A DNA stretch of 64,000 nucleotides. It comes from Felis catus (taxonomy: Eukaryota). The translations under genes and the position numbers were made by a program. The notes below the pieces were generated by a model. That model was not told the DNA's origin and did not search any database. It saw only the letters and a program-made list of their open reading frames with translations. Below are positions 38,671-50,699 of the stretch, in pieces. Location of the stretch: contig NC_058368.1 in NCBI RefSeq assembly GCF_018350175.1, positions 40,364,001 through 40,428,000 of the forward strand, written 5' to 3'. The first letter of the stretch is position 1; each line of letters opens with the position of its first letter.

Positions 38671-41347
38671 GGGAGGGGTTGCCAGGGAAGGTGGTGGTAT
38701 AGGAGGATCCTAAGCTCACCTCTCCCATGGATACAACTAGAAACACTCACATCAGTGTAACCCAGAAAATGACCTGAAGACTGGCGTAACAGACTCTCCA
38801 AAGTGAAATATAGAGAAGAGGGTAGAAAGAACTGAAATATGGTTGGGAGCTAAATGGTCCCACACAACTGTCCCCAGGAGGGTGGGACACTAACATGGAG
38901 AGGTGAGAGGACCAGTCCCTCACACTAAGCATCCCAGGTACGAGGAACCCACATGAAAACCAGAGGGGCATAATTTTGTGAACTTCTATAATCAACAGGA
39001 CTTAACACCTGGAACTTTAAAAATCTGTGGGCTTAGCTCTGGAAGAACCAGGGAGGTAATAGGAAACTGAGTCTCTGCCCATAAAGAGGACAGCAAACAG
39101 TCCCATGGAGATACAGCATAGAAGCAACAGTTTGCAAAATGCCTGGGGTATATGGGATGGACATTTGCTTACTAATCTCAGAGCTTGTCCTGGAGGGGCA
39201 GGGATCTTTGGGAGATTTCTCAGGAAAAGAGAAGCTGGTAGGTACCATTGTCCTCCTCTGCCCCCAACCCTGGATACAAGGATAACTTCAGGAACCAGCA
39301 CATAGCAGCATTCTCCACCTAGCTTGCTAACAGCTTTCACTGCCCCCACGTACTTCTTTGGATACACTCCCACCAGCCTAGCCAACCTTCGCAGGGGTTT
39401 TGGATGACTGCAGGGCCTCTCCCACAGTGGACCAGCGTGGACCTTGTTAACACTCCATGTCCAGTCCCCACATTCTCCCACAAACCTGCCTCCTCCAATA
39501 TGTTCTTAGCCAGAGCCCACCTAAAGTGGTGCCAAAAGCCTGACAGTGTGCAAATAGCCCAGACCGGGATCAGTACCACTCCAAAGTGACGCCTGTCCTG
39601 GAGAGAGGGGAAGCTAAGCACACACACACCAGTCCCACTATGGCAGCAACAGTGAGCTGGGGGCAGTCATCAGGTCAGACTGCAGGCTCTGCCCACCAAT
39701 TAAGACTTCTTAGAGAACAACATAAGGAATACACTCTGAAGTTTGGTGCTACTGCATCTCTGGTAAGCACTTAGTCTAACTCAACGCCATCCCAAGGTAG
39801 CCTCAGATTGACTCCTTAATAACACAGGGACAAAACCCTGCTCACAACTGGCAAAGAGAGCTGTTGCAGATGACTGATGGCAAAAACAGATCAGCCACGA
39901 CTGAAGATGCACACATAACACATAAAGAGGCACCTGTGAAGCTCCAGGTGAACAGAGGACACTATGGGGTACTACTGGAAATCTTTATATGGCCACTACT
40001 TGCAAGAGCAGGAAACATGGCTGATTTTCCTAGTGCATAGAAACAGACAAGGAGTGTTAGACAAAAAAAAGGAGGCAGAAGAATATGTTCCAAATGAAAG
40101 AACAGGTCAAAAATCACAGAAAGAGCTAAATGAAACATAAGTAATATGTCTAATAGAAAATTTAAAGTGGTCACAAAGATACTCATTGGACTGGAAAAGA
40201 GTGTAGGAACTCAATGAGATCCTCAACAAAGAGATAGACAACAATAAAGAACCAATTGTAGATGAAGAATTCAACAACTGAAATTAACAACATACTAGAT
40301 AGAGTCAGTAGTAGACTAGAGTAAGCAAAAGAATTGATCAGTGACTTGGAGGACAGAATAATGGAAAGCAATCAAACAGAGAGAAAAAAAATAATAAATG
40401 AAAATGGACTTAAGGAACTCAGCAACACCAAGTATAATAACATTCACTTTATAAAGATCCTGAAAGGAGAAGAGAAAGAAAAAAGGGCAGAAAACTTATT
40501 TGACCAAATGATAGCTGGAAATTTGTTGAATCTCGGGAAGGAAACAGAAATCTAGATCCAGGAGGCACAGAGAGCCCCAACAAAATCAACCCAAGGATAT
40601 TCATACTAAGAAACATAATTATTAAAATTATGTAGTGATGTAGTAAAAAGTAGTGATGAAGAGACAATTTTAAGAGTAGCAAGAGAAGAAAAAAAAAGTT
40701 ACATATAAGGGAAACACCATAAGCCTATGAGCTGATTTTTTAGGAGAAACTTTGCAGGTCAGGAGGAGGGGAATGAGCTATTCCAAATGCTGAAAGAAAA
40801 ACAAAAACAAAACAAAAACAAAAAAACCCAAAACCAAACCAAAACAAAAACTGCAGCCAAGAATACTCTATCCAGAAAGATTATCATCCAAAATAGAAGG
40901 AGAGATAAAGAATTGCTCAGACAAAAGAGAACAATCCTACAAGAAGACACAACAATTATAAGTATTTATGCACCCAACATGAGGGCAACCAAATACACAA
41001 GGAAGCTAATAACAAATATAAAGGAAGTAATCAGTAGTAATTCAATAATAATAGGGGACTTTAACACTCCACTTAAATAGAAGGAAAAATCATCCAAACA
41101 GAAAAACAAGAAAAATATCAAACAATCTAACCTTATAGCTACAGGAGCTAGAAAAAGAAGAACAAATAAAACCCCAAATTAGTAAAAGGAAGGAAATAAA
41201 GATTAGAGCAGAAATGAGTGAAATAGAAACTACAAAACAATAGAACAGATCAATGCAACAAGGAGTTGGTTTCTTGAAAAGATCCACAAAATTGATAAAC
41301 TTTTAGCTAGTCTGATAAAAAATTATAAAAATAAAAATTAAAAACAG

Positions 41348-41391
<44 letters not shown>

Positions 41392-41805
41392 ACTCCAATA
41401 CAATGAGAAATGAAAGAGAAGATCTAACAACTGACACCACAGAAACACATAGGATTTTAAGAGAATATTTTGAAAAAGTTATGGGACAACAAATTGGACA
41501 ACCTAGAAGAAATAAATTCCTGGAAACACAAATCCCCCAAAAATGAATTAGGAAGAAACAGAAAACTTTTTAGCCCAATTACTCACAATGAAATTGAATC
41601 AGTATTCTAAGAACTCCCAATGAACAAAAGTCCAGGACCATACAGCTTCACAGGTGAATTCTACCAACATTTAAAGAAGAGTTTATACCTATTCTTCTCA
41701 AACTACTCCAAAAAAAAGGCAGGAAAACTTTCACATTGATTTTATGAGGCCAGCATTACCCTGATACCAAAATAAGATAAAGAAACTACAGAAAAGAGAA
41801 CCGCA

Positions 41806-42000
41806 GGGTGCCTGGGAAGGTCAGTTGGTTAAAGTCTGACTCTTGGTTTTGGCTCAGGTCATGATCTCATGGTTCATGTGGTTGAGCCCCACATTGAGCT
41901 CTGCACTAATATCATGGAGACTGCTTACGATTATCTCTTTCCTTCTTTCTCTGCTCACTCCTCTCTGTCTCTCAAATAAGTAAACATTTTTTTTAAAAAA
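41806..42000 (+). mobile_element. Can-SINE nested in L1
   Basis: Head GGGTGCCTGGG...GGCTCAGGTCATGATCTC; diverged TSD. Confidence 0.92.
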
Positions 42001-42096
42001 GAACTATAGGGCATTATCTCTGATGAACTTAGATGCAGAAATCCTCAGCAAAATATTATCTAGCAAACCAAATCCAGCAATTCATCAAAAGAATCA

Positions 42097-42259
42097 GGGA
42101 CACCTGGATGGCTCAGTTGGCTAAGTGTTCAACTCTTGTCCTTGGCCTAGGTCATAATTTCATGGTTTATGAGTTTAAGCCCCATATGGGGCTCTCTGCT
42201 GTCAGCACAGAGACCGCTTTGGATTCTCTGTCTCCTTCTCTCTCAGTCACTCTCCCATG

Positions 42260-42307
<48 letters not shown>

Positions 42308-42343
42308 AACAAACAAACAAACACACAAACAAACATTAAGAAA
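42097..42343 (+). mobile_element. Can-SINE nested in L1
   Basis: TSD AAAAGAATCA at 42087-42096 and 42344-42353. Confidence 0.94.
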
Positions 42344-43339
42344 AAAAGAATCACCACAATCAAGTGGGATTGATTCCTAAGATGCAAGGATGGTTCAATA
42401 TTTATAAATCAATCAACATGATACATCACATCAGTAAGAGAAAGGATAAAAACTGTGTGATCATTTCAATAGACGCAGAAAGCATTTGACAAAGTACAAC
42501 ATCCATTCATGATAGAAACCCTCACAAAGTCAGTCTGGAGGAACATAATAAAGGCCTTATATGAAAAACCCCAGGCAACATCATACTCTTGTAAAAAATG
42601 GATTGCTTTTTCCCTAAGGTCAAGAGAAAGACAAGGATGTTCACTCTCACCACTTTTATTCAACATAGTACTAATGGAAGTCTTAGGTACAGCAGTTAGA
42701 CAACATAAAGAAATAGAAGGCATCCATATTGGTAAGGAAGAAGTAAAGTTCTCATTATTTGCAGATGACATGATACTATATACAGAAAATTCTAAAGACT
42801 CCACCAAAAAACTACCAGAATAAATGGATTCAGTGAAGTTGCAGGATACAAAATCAATGTACAGAAATCTGTTGCATTCCTATACACTAATAATGAAGTA
42901 GCAGAAACAGAAATTAACAATCCTATTTACGATTCCACCAAATATTATAAGATACCGGGGAATAAACTTAACCAAGGGTGTTAAAGACCTATTACTTTGA
43001 ATACTATAAAACACTGACAAAGTAAATTGAAGATGACAGAAACAAATGGAGAGATATTCCATGCTCATAGATTGGGATAATCAATATTGTTAAAATGTCC
43101 ACACTGTCCAAAGCAATCTATAGATTTAATGCAATCCCTATCAAAATAGCAATGACATTTTTCACAAAACTAGAATAAATAATTCTAAAATTTGTATGGA
43201 ATTACAAAAGACCCCAAATACCCAAAGCAATTTCCAAAAAAGGAAGAACAAAACTGGAAGTATTCTAATTACAGATATGAAGATATATTACAGAGCAGTA
43301 GTAATCAAAATAGTATGGTACTGGCATAAAAAGAGACCT

Positions 43340-43547
43340 GAGGCACTTGGATGGCTCAGTTGGTTGAGCATCCGACTTCAGCTCAGGTCATGATCTCACA
43401 GCTTGTGAGTTTGATCCCCACATCAGGCTCACTGCTGTCAGAGCAGAGGCTGCTTCAGATCTTCTGTCCCCCTTTCTTTGCCCCTTCCCTGCTTGTACTC
43501 TCTCTCTCTCTCTCAAAAATAAATAAATCTTAAAAAAAAAAAACAGA
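43340..43547 (+). mobile_element. Can-SINE nested in L1
   Basis: Typical head and tail; AAAGAGAC on both flanks. Confidence 0.93.
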
Positions 43548-43819
43548 GAAAGAGACTTATAAATCCATGGAACAGAATAGAGAGCTTAGGAATAAACCCA
43601 GTTTTATATTGTCAATTAAACTTTGACAAAGGAGACAAAATGTGCAATGGAAAAAGACTGTCTCTTCAAAAAATTGTGTTGGGAATATTGGACAGTTATG
43701 TGCAAAAGAGTAAAACTGAATTACTTTCTTATACCGTACACGTAAATAAACTCAAAATGGATTAGAGACTTAAATGTGAGACCTGAAAGCATAAAAAATC
43801 CTTGGAGTATTTCCCCTTA

Positions 43820-44885
43820 ATTTTTATGTCTTTATTCAGTTATAATTCATGTTGTATAAATTTACTCATTTATAATGTACATTTCAATGATTTTAGTATA
43901 TTCAAAGAATTGTGAAGCCATCACTGCAGTCTGAAGTTGAGAAAGAACATTCTGGTTACCCCCAAAAGAAACCCGTGTTCATTAGCAAACTTTCTCCTTC
44001 ACTCTATTTCTCTGTGTTTTAGTCCTAGGCAGTCTTTCATCAAATATTTGCCTGTGTATATTTCTCTGTTCTTGACATTTCCTATAAATGAATTTTCATA
44101 AGATTGAGTTTTTTGTGATTGGTTTATTTTGCTTCCTTTTTTAAAGGTTCATCCATGTTACAGCATGTATCATTATTCCTTTTAGTGCCAAACATATGCT
44201 ATTGTATGGACACAAACCACATTGTGTTTATCCATCCAGCAACTAATGGACATCTGGATTATTTCCAACTTGTAGCTATTTTGAATAATGTTCTATGGAC
44301 ATACTAGTAAAAGTACTTCTGTGGGCATATATTTTCATTTGTCTTGGGTACATAAATAGGACTGGAATTGATGGGTCATATGATAACTATGTTGAACATC
44401 TGAGGAAATGTCAGGGCATTTAAAAATTGCTGTACTATATTACAGTCCAGCTACCAATGTATGAGTGTTCTAATTACTGCACAGTCTGCCAACACTTGTT
44501 ACTGTTTGTCTTTTTTATTATAGCTATTCTTGTTGGTGTGAAGTGGTATCTTATATGGTTTGATTTGAATTTGTCAAATGACTAATGATATTGAACATCT
44601 TTTCATATACTAATTGGCCATTTAAATGTCTTACTTGGAGAAGTATCTATTCAAGTTTCTTTTAAAATAATCTAAACTCTATTTTTAATTCCATTTTATG
44701 TCTTTTTATATGTAAGTTGTAAGAGTTCTATATATAATGTGAATAAAATTCCTATATTGGATATGTGATTTACAAATAGTTTCTTTTATTCTGTGGATTA
44801 TTTTTTTCAGTTTTTTGGTAGTATCTTTGTAGGGGAAACATTTTTAATTTGGATACAGTCCAGTGTATCTCTTTTCTGTGTCACT
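43820..44885 (-). mobile_element. Old L1M 3' region (L1MB-like)
   Basis: L1MB-type 3'UTR (CCCAAAAGAAACCCGTG..CATTAGC) and ORF2 end (GTGAAGTGGTATCT). Confidence 0.85.
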
Positions 44886-44964
44886 AATTAAATTATCTCT
44901 TTGTTTTCACATTTTAGTCCTGGTTACCAGGTATAGTTACCAGGTCTGGTTACCTGGTTTCTCC

Positions 44965-45148
44965 AGGTTTCCAGAAAAAATAATGGAATTTCAGATAAAC
45001 AACAAATAGTTTTTTTTTCTGTATAAATATGTCCCAAATATTGCATGGCATACACTTATACTAAGTAAATAGGTCCTTTTTATTTGAAGTTCTATTTTAA
45101 TTGGTCATCCTTATGCTGTGTCTTTATTTGCAAGAGATAGCCACCTAT
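44965..45148 (+). mobile_element. MER53 hAT MITE (palindromic)
   Basis: GAATTTCAGATAAACAAC...GTATAAATATGTCCCAAATATTGCATGGCATACACTTATACTAA matches recalled MER53 consensus. Confidence 0.85.
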
Positions 45149-45149
45149 T

Positions 45150-45430
45150 AGTAGGGAGCATGGAATAGGGTGAATAATTCTTTAAAAAGTTGAAAATACT
45201 GAGATCAGTAGGCCTAGATTCTGATTTCAGTTTTTTAAATGATCCGGTGGGTCATTTTGCTTTACTTTGCTGCCTTTACATGTAAGGCAAGTGAGGAAGA
45301 TAATGCCTGGCCTCACTTTCTTCACAGAAATGTTGTCAGAATGGATGAAGCAATGTACACATAAGCACAGAACATCTTGGAAAACAAATACTCTATAAAA
45401 CTGTAGTATCATCATTATTATTATTGTTAT
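45150..45430 (+). mobile_element. MIR-family element
   Basis: tRNA-like head remnant and 3' GATAATGCCTG...CTTCACAG..TGTTGT...ATTATTATT. Confidence 0.6.
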
Positions 45431-46137
45431 AGAGAGAATTTCGAAAAGTCAGCTGGCTGAATATATTATAGTAATCTTCTCCAAAAGAAAAAAAATAAAA
45501 AAACACATTACAGTATAGATTTAATGGCTTTTTCTTCTATTTTATTCAGCACAGCATAAGAATATAGATGTACAAGTTTTGGATTATGAAAGTGCATTGT
45601 TCTTTGTTTCATGTTGCCTTTATGGTCTGTACCTGCCTTAGTCTGTACCTAACAGTATGTATGCTATTGCACTTATACCTCTCCTTTCATTTGTAAAAAT
45701 CACTAAGCATAGTCAGAGGTCCTACATTTTTTAGATTTTATCTTGTGTATTTTTGTGTATGTATATGCATATGGATAGTGGAAATGGTGTTTTTTGTGCA
45801 TTAATAATATGTAATATACTATATCTGATCTGATGAGGCTGTGATGGCTCACATATTTAATAAAACTATCATTATGTTAGTTTATATTTAGATCCTGATT
45901 ACTTCTTATAATGAAAATATCATATATAACTATGAGTTTATAATTTACACAGTAAATGTTGGAATGAACAATCATGGAAGTCACCTTCGCAGGCATTCTT
46001 TATGTGAAATAAGGGATTGTGCAAATTCACTAATTTTTAAGCTGTGTCTGCATTCTAATATCTTTTGAATATGCAGAGTGTTTAAGACAGGTAGGAGGTG
46101 AAGAAAAAGAAACTAAATTCTAGGATCAAGTGATAGC

Positions 46138-46169
46138 ATATATATGGAAATACATACTATATACACACC

Positions 46170-46203
<34 letters not shown>

Positions 46204-46272
46204 TGCATATTTATCTATATATATATACACACACACAAACACATACATAGATATATACATATACATCTATAT
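46138..46272. repeat. (TA)n/(CA)n low-complexity tract
   Basis: Direct reading. Confidence 0.9.
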
Positions 46273-46344
46273 TTCAAAACAGAATATTTATAATTAGAAC
46301 ATTTACAAAACTCCATACCACTATTTTAAAATTGTTTTTATTTT

Positions 46345-46550
46345 GGGGGCACTTGGGTGGCTCAGTCAGTTAAGCGTCTGACTTTGGCTCAGGTCAGTAT
46401 CTCATAGTTCATGAGTTTGAGCCCCATATTGGTCTCTGTGCAGACAGCTCAGAGACTGGAGCCTGCTTCAGATTCTGTGTCTTGCATCACTCTCTCTCCC
46501 TCTCCCACTTGCACTCTGTCTTTCTTTCAAAAATAAATATTAAAAATATT
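46345..46550 (+). mobile_element. Can-SINE (SINEC_Fc)
   Basis: TSD AAAATTGTTTTTATTTT at 46328-46344 and 46551-46567. Confidence 0.96.
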
Positions 46551-46728
46551 AAAATTGTTTTTATTTTTCATTTAATTTTTATGTAACTCCAATAAAATAC
46601 TAACTTTTGGATGTAATTCACAGAGTCAAGCACATAATGTAATAAGGCTAGAATCAGGTGATATTTAGAAAAATAAGTCAATTGTGAGTAGTTTTATGTC
46701 AGCATTATATTTAATTAAAAATATTCAT

Positions 46729-46968
46729 GGGGTCCCTGGGTGACTCAGTCTGTTAGCATCTGACTTTGGCTCAGGTCGTGATGTCACAGTTTGTGGCTTC
46801 AGGTCCTGCTTCGGGCTCTGTGCTGACATCTCGGAGCCTGGAGCTTGGAGCCTGGAGCCTGCTTCGGATTCTGTGTCTCCTTTCTCTCAATCTCTCTCTC
46901 TGTCTCTTTCTTTCTGCCCCTCCTCCACTTGTGCTGTCTCTCAAAAAAACAGAAAAGAAAAGAAAAAA
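46729..46968 (+). mobile_element. Can-SINE (SINEC_Fc)
   Basis: Typical head; internal GGAGCCT x4. Confidence 0.94.
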
Positions 46969-46982
46969 ATTATTCCTTACCT

Positions 46983-47153
46983 GGGGCACCTGGGTAGCTC
47001 AGTCTGTTAAGTGTCAGACTCTTGATTTTGGCTCAGGTCATGATCTTGTGGTTGGTGAGTTCAAGCCCCATGTTTAGCTCATGCTGACATCCGGGAGCCT
47101 GCTTGGAATTTTCTCTCTCCCTCTCCCTGTGGGCCTCCCCTGCTTGTGCTCTT

Positions 47154-47196
<43 letters not shown>

Positions 47197-47222
47197 CTCT
47201 CTCTTTCTCTAGGGAAAAAAAA
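46983..47222 (+). mobile_element. Can-SINE inserted at tail of previous SINE
   Basis: GGGGCACCTGGGTAGCTCAG head; ATTCCT(T)ACCT on both flanks. Confidence 0.94.
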
Positions 47223-48012
47223 ATTCCTACCTAATTTTTAATTTGTAGTTAAAATTATCTTCCAACTGTTACCTTCTAATATTTTCCTTTAAAATGGAAC
47301 TTAGATTAAATGTATTTTGATGAAGATCACTTATGGGTTTTTTGTTCCTTTTTTTACATTTTTTATATATGTATTTGAATTTGGAATCTTTTTGCTTAGG
47401 AATTTTATAATTAATACAATTCTGGGCTTTCACATGGAGAAGTCTTAAATTTACCTTCTCTATGCCCTTATAAAACAGGCATTTTATTTTTGTTTTCATC
47501 CACAAAGACATTTAATATTTTGAAGCTGATGTGTCATATTTGGCTGCCCTTGTCATATTACATCAATCATATTCCTTTCAGTGAGACATAATCTGATTTT
47601 AGTTGATGAACATAACTTGATTTGAGACAATAGAGTCCCATCTTCTATAAAAGGTGAAAGAAAATAAAAGCAAAGGTAAAAATTTTAAGATTAAAAACAA
47701 ACTAAAATCCTTTGTCATGGAGCAATTAGAATATACAATAGAAAATTTATGTTTTTCTTCTTGTCGTCTTCTCAGTTTCATTTGTATGTGAATGTATAAG
47801 TTCAAAAGAGTCAAATGTGCAATAAAACATTGAATATTGTGTATAATTTTGAATCAGATGCAATTATGACTGTAGTAGTAAGCATAAAATTGCTGAATCA
47901 GATGCAGTGATGGCCATAGTAATAAGCATAATAGCTTTGGTATATAGAAAACCTATTGTTTTTAGTAAAGGTATTTTGTTTAATTGTTGATGAATTTGTT
48001 ATATACATTTAA

Positions 48013-48217
48013 TTTTTTAAAATGTTTATCTTTGAGAGAAAGAGAGATAGCATGAGCAGGGAAGGGGCAGAGAGAGAGGGAGACACAGAATCCAAAGCAG
48101 GCTTCAGCCTCTGAGCTGTCAGCACAGAGCCCGACGTGAGGCTCGACCCCACAAACCGCGATATCATGACCTGAACTGAGATCCAATGCTCAACAGACTG
48201 AGACACCCAGGCATCCC
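48013..48217 (-). mobile_element. Can-SINE (SINEC_Fc)
   Basis: TSD TTATATA(C/G)ATTTAA at 47999-48012 and 48220-48233. Confidence 0.95.
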
Positions 48218-50259
48218 TCTTATATAGATTTAAGCAATACTTGTCTCTACCAGTGAATGTTTCAGTAAGTCATGTTGCATTTTTATCTTTTTAATTTTTC
48301 TACAGATTCTAAATTTTCTCCAACCATGTGGAGAGATACATTCAGACAGATATTTTCTTCAACATTTCAGATTGATCATTGAAGAATCTGTACTCCTTAT
48401 CAATCAGACCCTACCATTTTGCCATTGCAACTACCTCTTCTTCTGCCCCTCACTTTTTGACATCTAAATTTTATTGTTATTAAATAAAATATTCCTGTGA
48501 CAAACATACAACAAATTTATAATGCCCCTCTATTTTTTATGAAGGTAATGATGTTATTACCAAATTCAGAATACGAAAAAAATCCCAAAACTTATGAAAT
48601 ATTGTAGGCTTAAATTATTGTATACATATTTTATTTTTTAATTAGCCCGCCTAGAAAATAAGGCATCACTGCTTTTATGGGATATCCTGCTTACAAATTT
48701 TGAGTATTTTTATGTTTTAACTTTTAGTTTGGGATTAAAAGCATCTTCCCCTATTATTTTCTAACTGCATATTTTCCTTGGTGAGGTGTCCATTCAGATT
48801 TTTGCCTACTTTTTAATTGGGTGCCTTGTTTCTTATTGTGGAACTTCAGCAAGTCTTTGTATATTTTAGGTACAAGTACTGTATCAGATACATTTTTTGT
48901 AAATATGTTCTCCCAGTTGTGGCTTATCTTTTAATTCTCTTAACTGTGTCTTTCACAGAGCAGAAAATTTTCATTTTAATGAAGTCCAACTTTATAATTT
49001 TTTCTTTTACTTTTGTGTTATATCAAAAGAAAATTATGTAGGTTTTTTCCATTATGTTCTCCACGTTACTTTTTAGAAGTTTTATAGTTTTCCACTTAAC
49101 ATTTAAGTTGATCTATTTTGAGCTAATTTCCATGAATGATACATGTTTTGTGCCTATGTTAATATTTTTAAATGCAGATACTTAGTTGTTTCAGGATCAT
49201 GTATAGAAAAAACTATACTTTCTCCATTGAACTTCCTTTGCTCTTACATCGTAGATTAGTTGACTGTATTTTTGTTGGTCTATTTCAGGGCTCACCATTT
49301 CATTCCATTGAGCCTTTTGTCTCTTCTTTCACTAATACCACACTGTCTTGATGGCTGAAGCTATAGAGTGAATCTAGAAGTTGAGTAGTGTCAGTCTTCT
49401 CACTTTTCTTCAATAGCATTGTGGTTATTCTAGGTCTTTTGTTTGTCTCTATAAACTATAAAATCACTTTGTCAATAGCCACAAAGTAACTTTCTTGGGA
49501 ATTTTATTAGAATCATATTAAATACATAAATGAATTTGAGTATAACTGACATCTTAAACATTATTGAGTCTTCAGATCTGTGAACGTGGAATAACTCTCC
49601 ATTCATTTAGATTACTTCCATCAAAGTCTGTAGTTTCTCTCTTACATATCTTGAACATATTTTGTGGGATTTTTACCCAAGTATTTCTTCTTTTCATGGG
49701 GTGTCATGTAAATAGTGTTGCGGTTTTAATTTCAAATACCATTGCTCTGTGCTGGAACATAGAAAAGCGGCAGACATTTATTAGCCTTGTATTTCACAAC
49801 CTTGCTATAAGTACCTACCATAATGTTCCAGGAGTATTTTTGTTAATTCTTTTGAATTTTCTACAACAGTTATGTGTCATATGCAAACAAAGGTGGTTTT
49901 ATTTCTGTCTTTTCAATATGTATTTTCTTTTCTTGTATATTTGCATTAGCTAGGACTCTCAGTACAATGTGTAAAGGAGTGGTGAGAGGGAACATCCTTG
50001 CCTTATTCCTGATCTCACTGAGAAAGCTTCTCATTTCTCACCATAAGTATATTATGAGCTGTAGGATTTTGGAGATGTCGAAGTTGATGAAGTTCACCTC
50101 TTTTTTTAGTTTTCTGGAAGATTTTATTCTGGATGATGTTAGATTTTGTCAAATGCTTTTTTCTTTTTTGTCTGTCAAATGCTTTTTCTGCATCTCTGTG
50201 ATCATATGTTTCTTCTTTAGCCAAATTGATGTGATGAATTACATTAATTTATTTTTTTA

Positions 50260-50470
50260 TTTTTTATTTTTTTAATGTTTATTTATTTTTGAGAGAGACA
50301 GAATGTGAGTGGGTTAGGGGCAGAGACAGAGCGAGACACAGAAGCAGAAGCAGGCTCCAGGCTCTGAGCTGTCAGCCCAGAGCCCGACGCGGGGCTCGAA
50401 CTCACGAGCTGTGAGATCGTGACCTGAGCTGAAGTCAGACACTCAACTGACTGAGCCACCCAGGCGCCCC
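50260..50470 (-). mobile_element. Young Can-SINE (SINEC_Fc)
   Basis: CpG-rich; TSD TAATTTATTTTTTTA at 50245-50259 and 50471-50485. Confidence 0.96.
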
Positions 50471-50626
50471 TAATTTATTTTTTTAAAATATAAACCTGCC
50501 TTCCATACCTGGAATACATCTTACTTGATTATGGTGTATAATGTTTTTAACTCATTGTTGGGTTTGATTTGTTAATATTTTATTCAGGATTTTTGTATCT
50601 ATGTTCATGAAAGTTATTGTAGTTAC

Positions 50627-50699
50627 CGCCCCCTCCCCCCCCCCCCCCCCCCCGCCAGCACACACACACTCCTTTTTTTTTTTTTTTTTTTTTTTTTTT
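50627..50699. repeat. Poly-C / (CA)n / poly-T compound simple repeat
   Basis: Direct reading. Confidence 0.9.

Larger units (their letters stand above)
38671..43808 (+). mobile_element. Carnivore L1 with intact 5' end, two internal deletions and missing 3' end
   Basis: GC-rich 5'UTR, degraded ORF1 (~40060-40920), ORF2 with [33 protein letters not shown]; stops at ~43805 without 3'UTR or A-tail. Confidence 0.93.
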
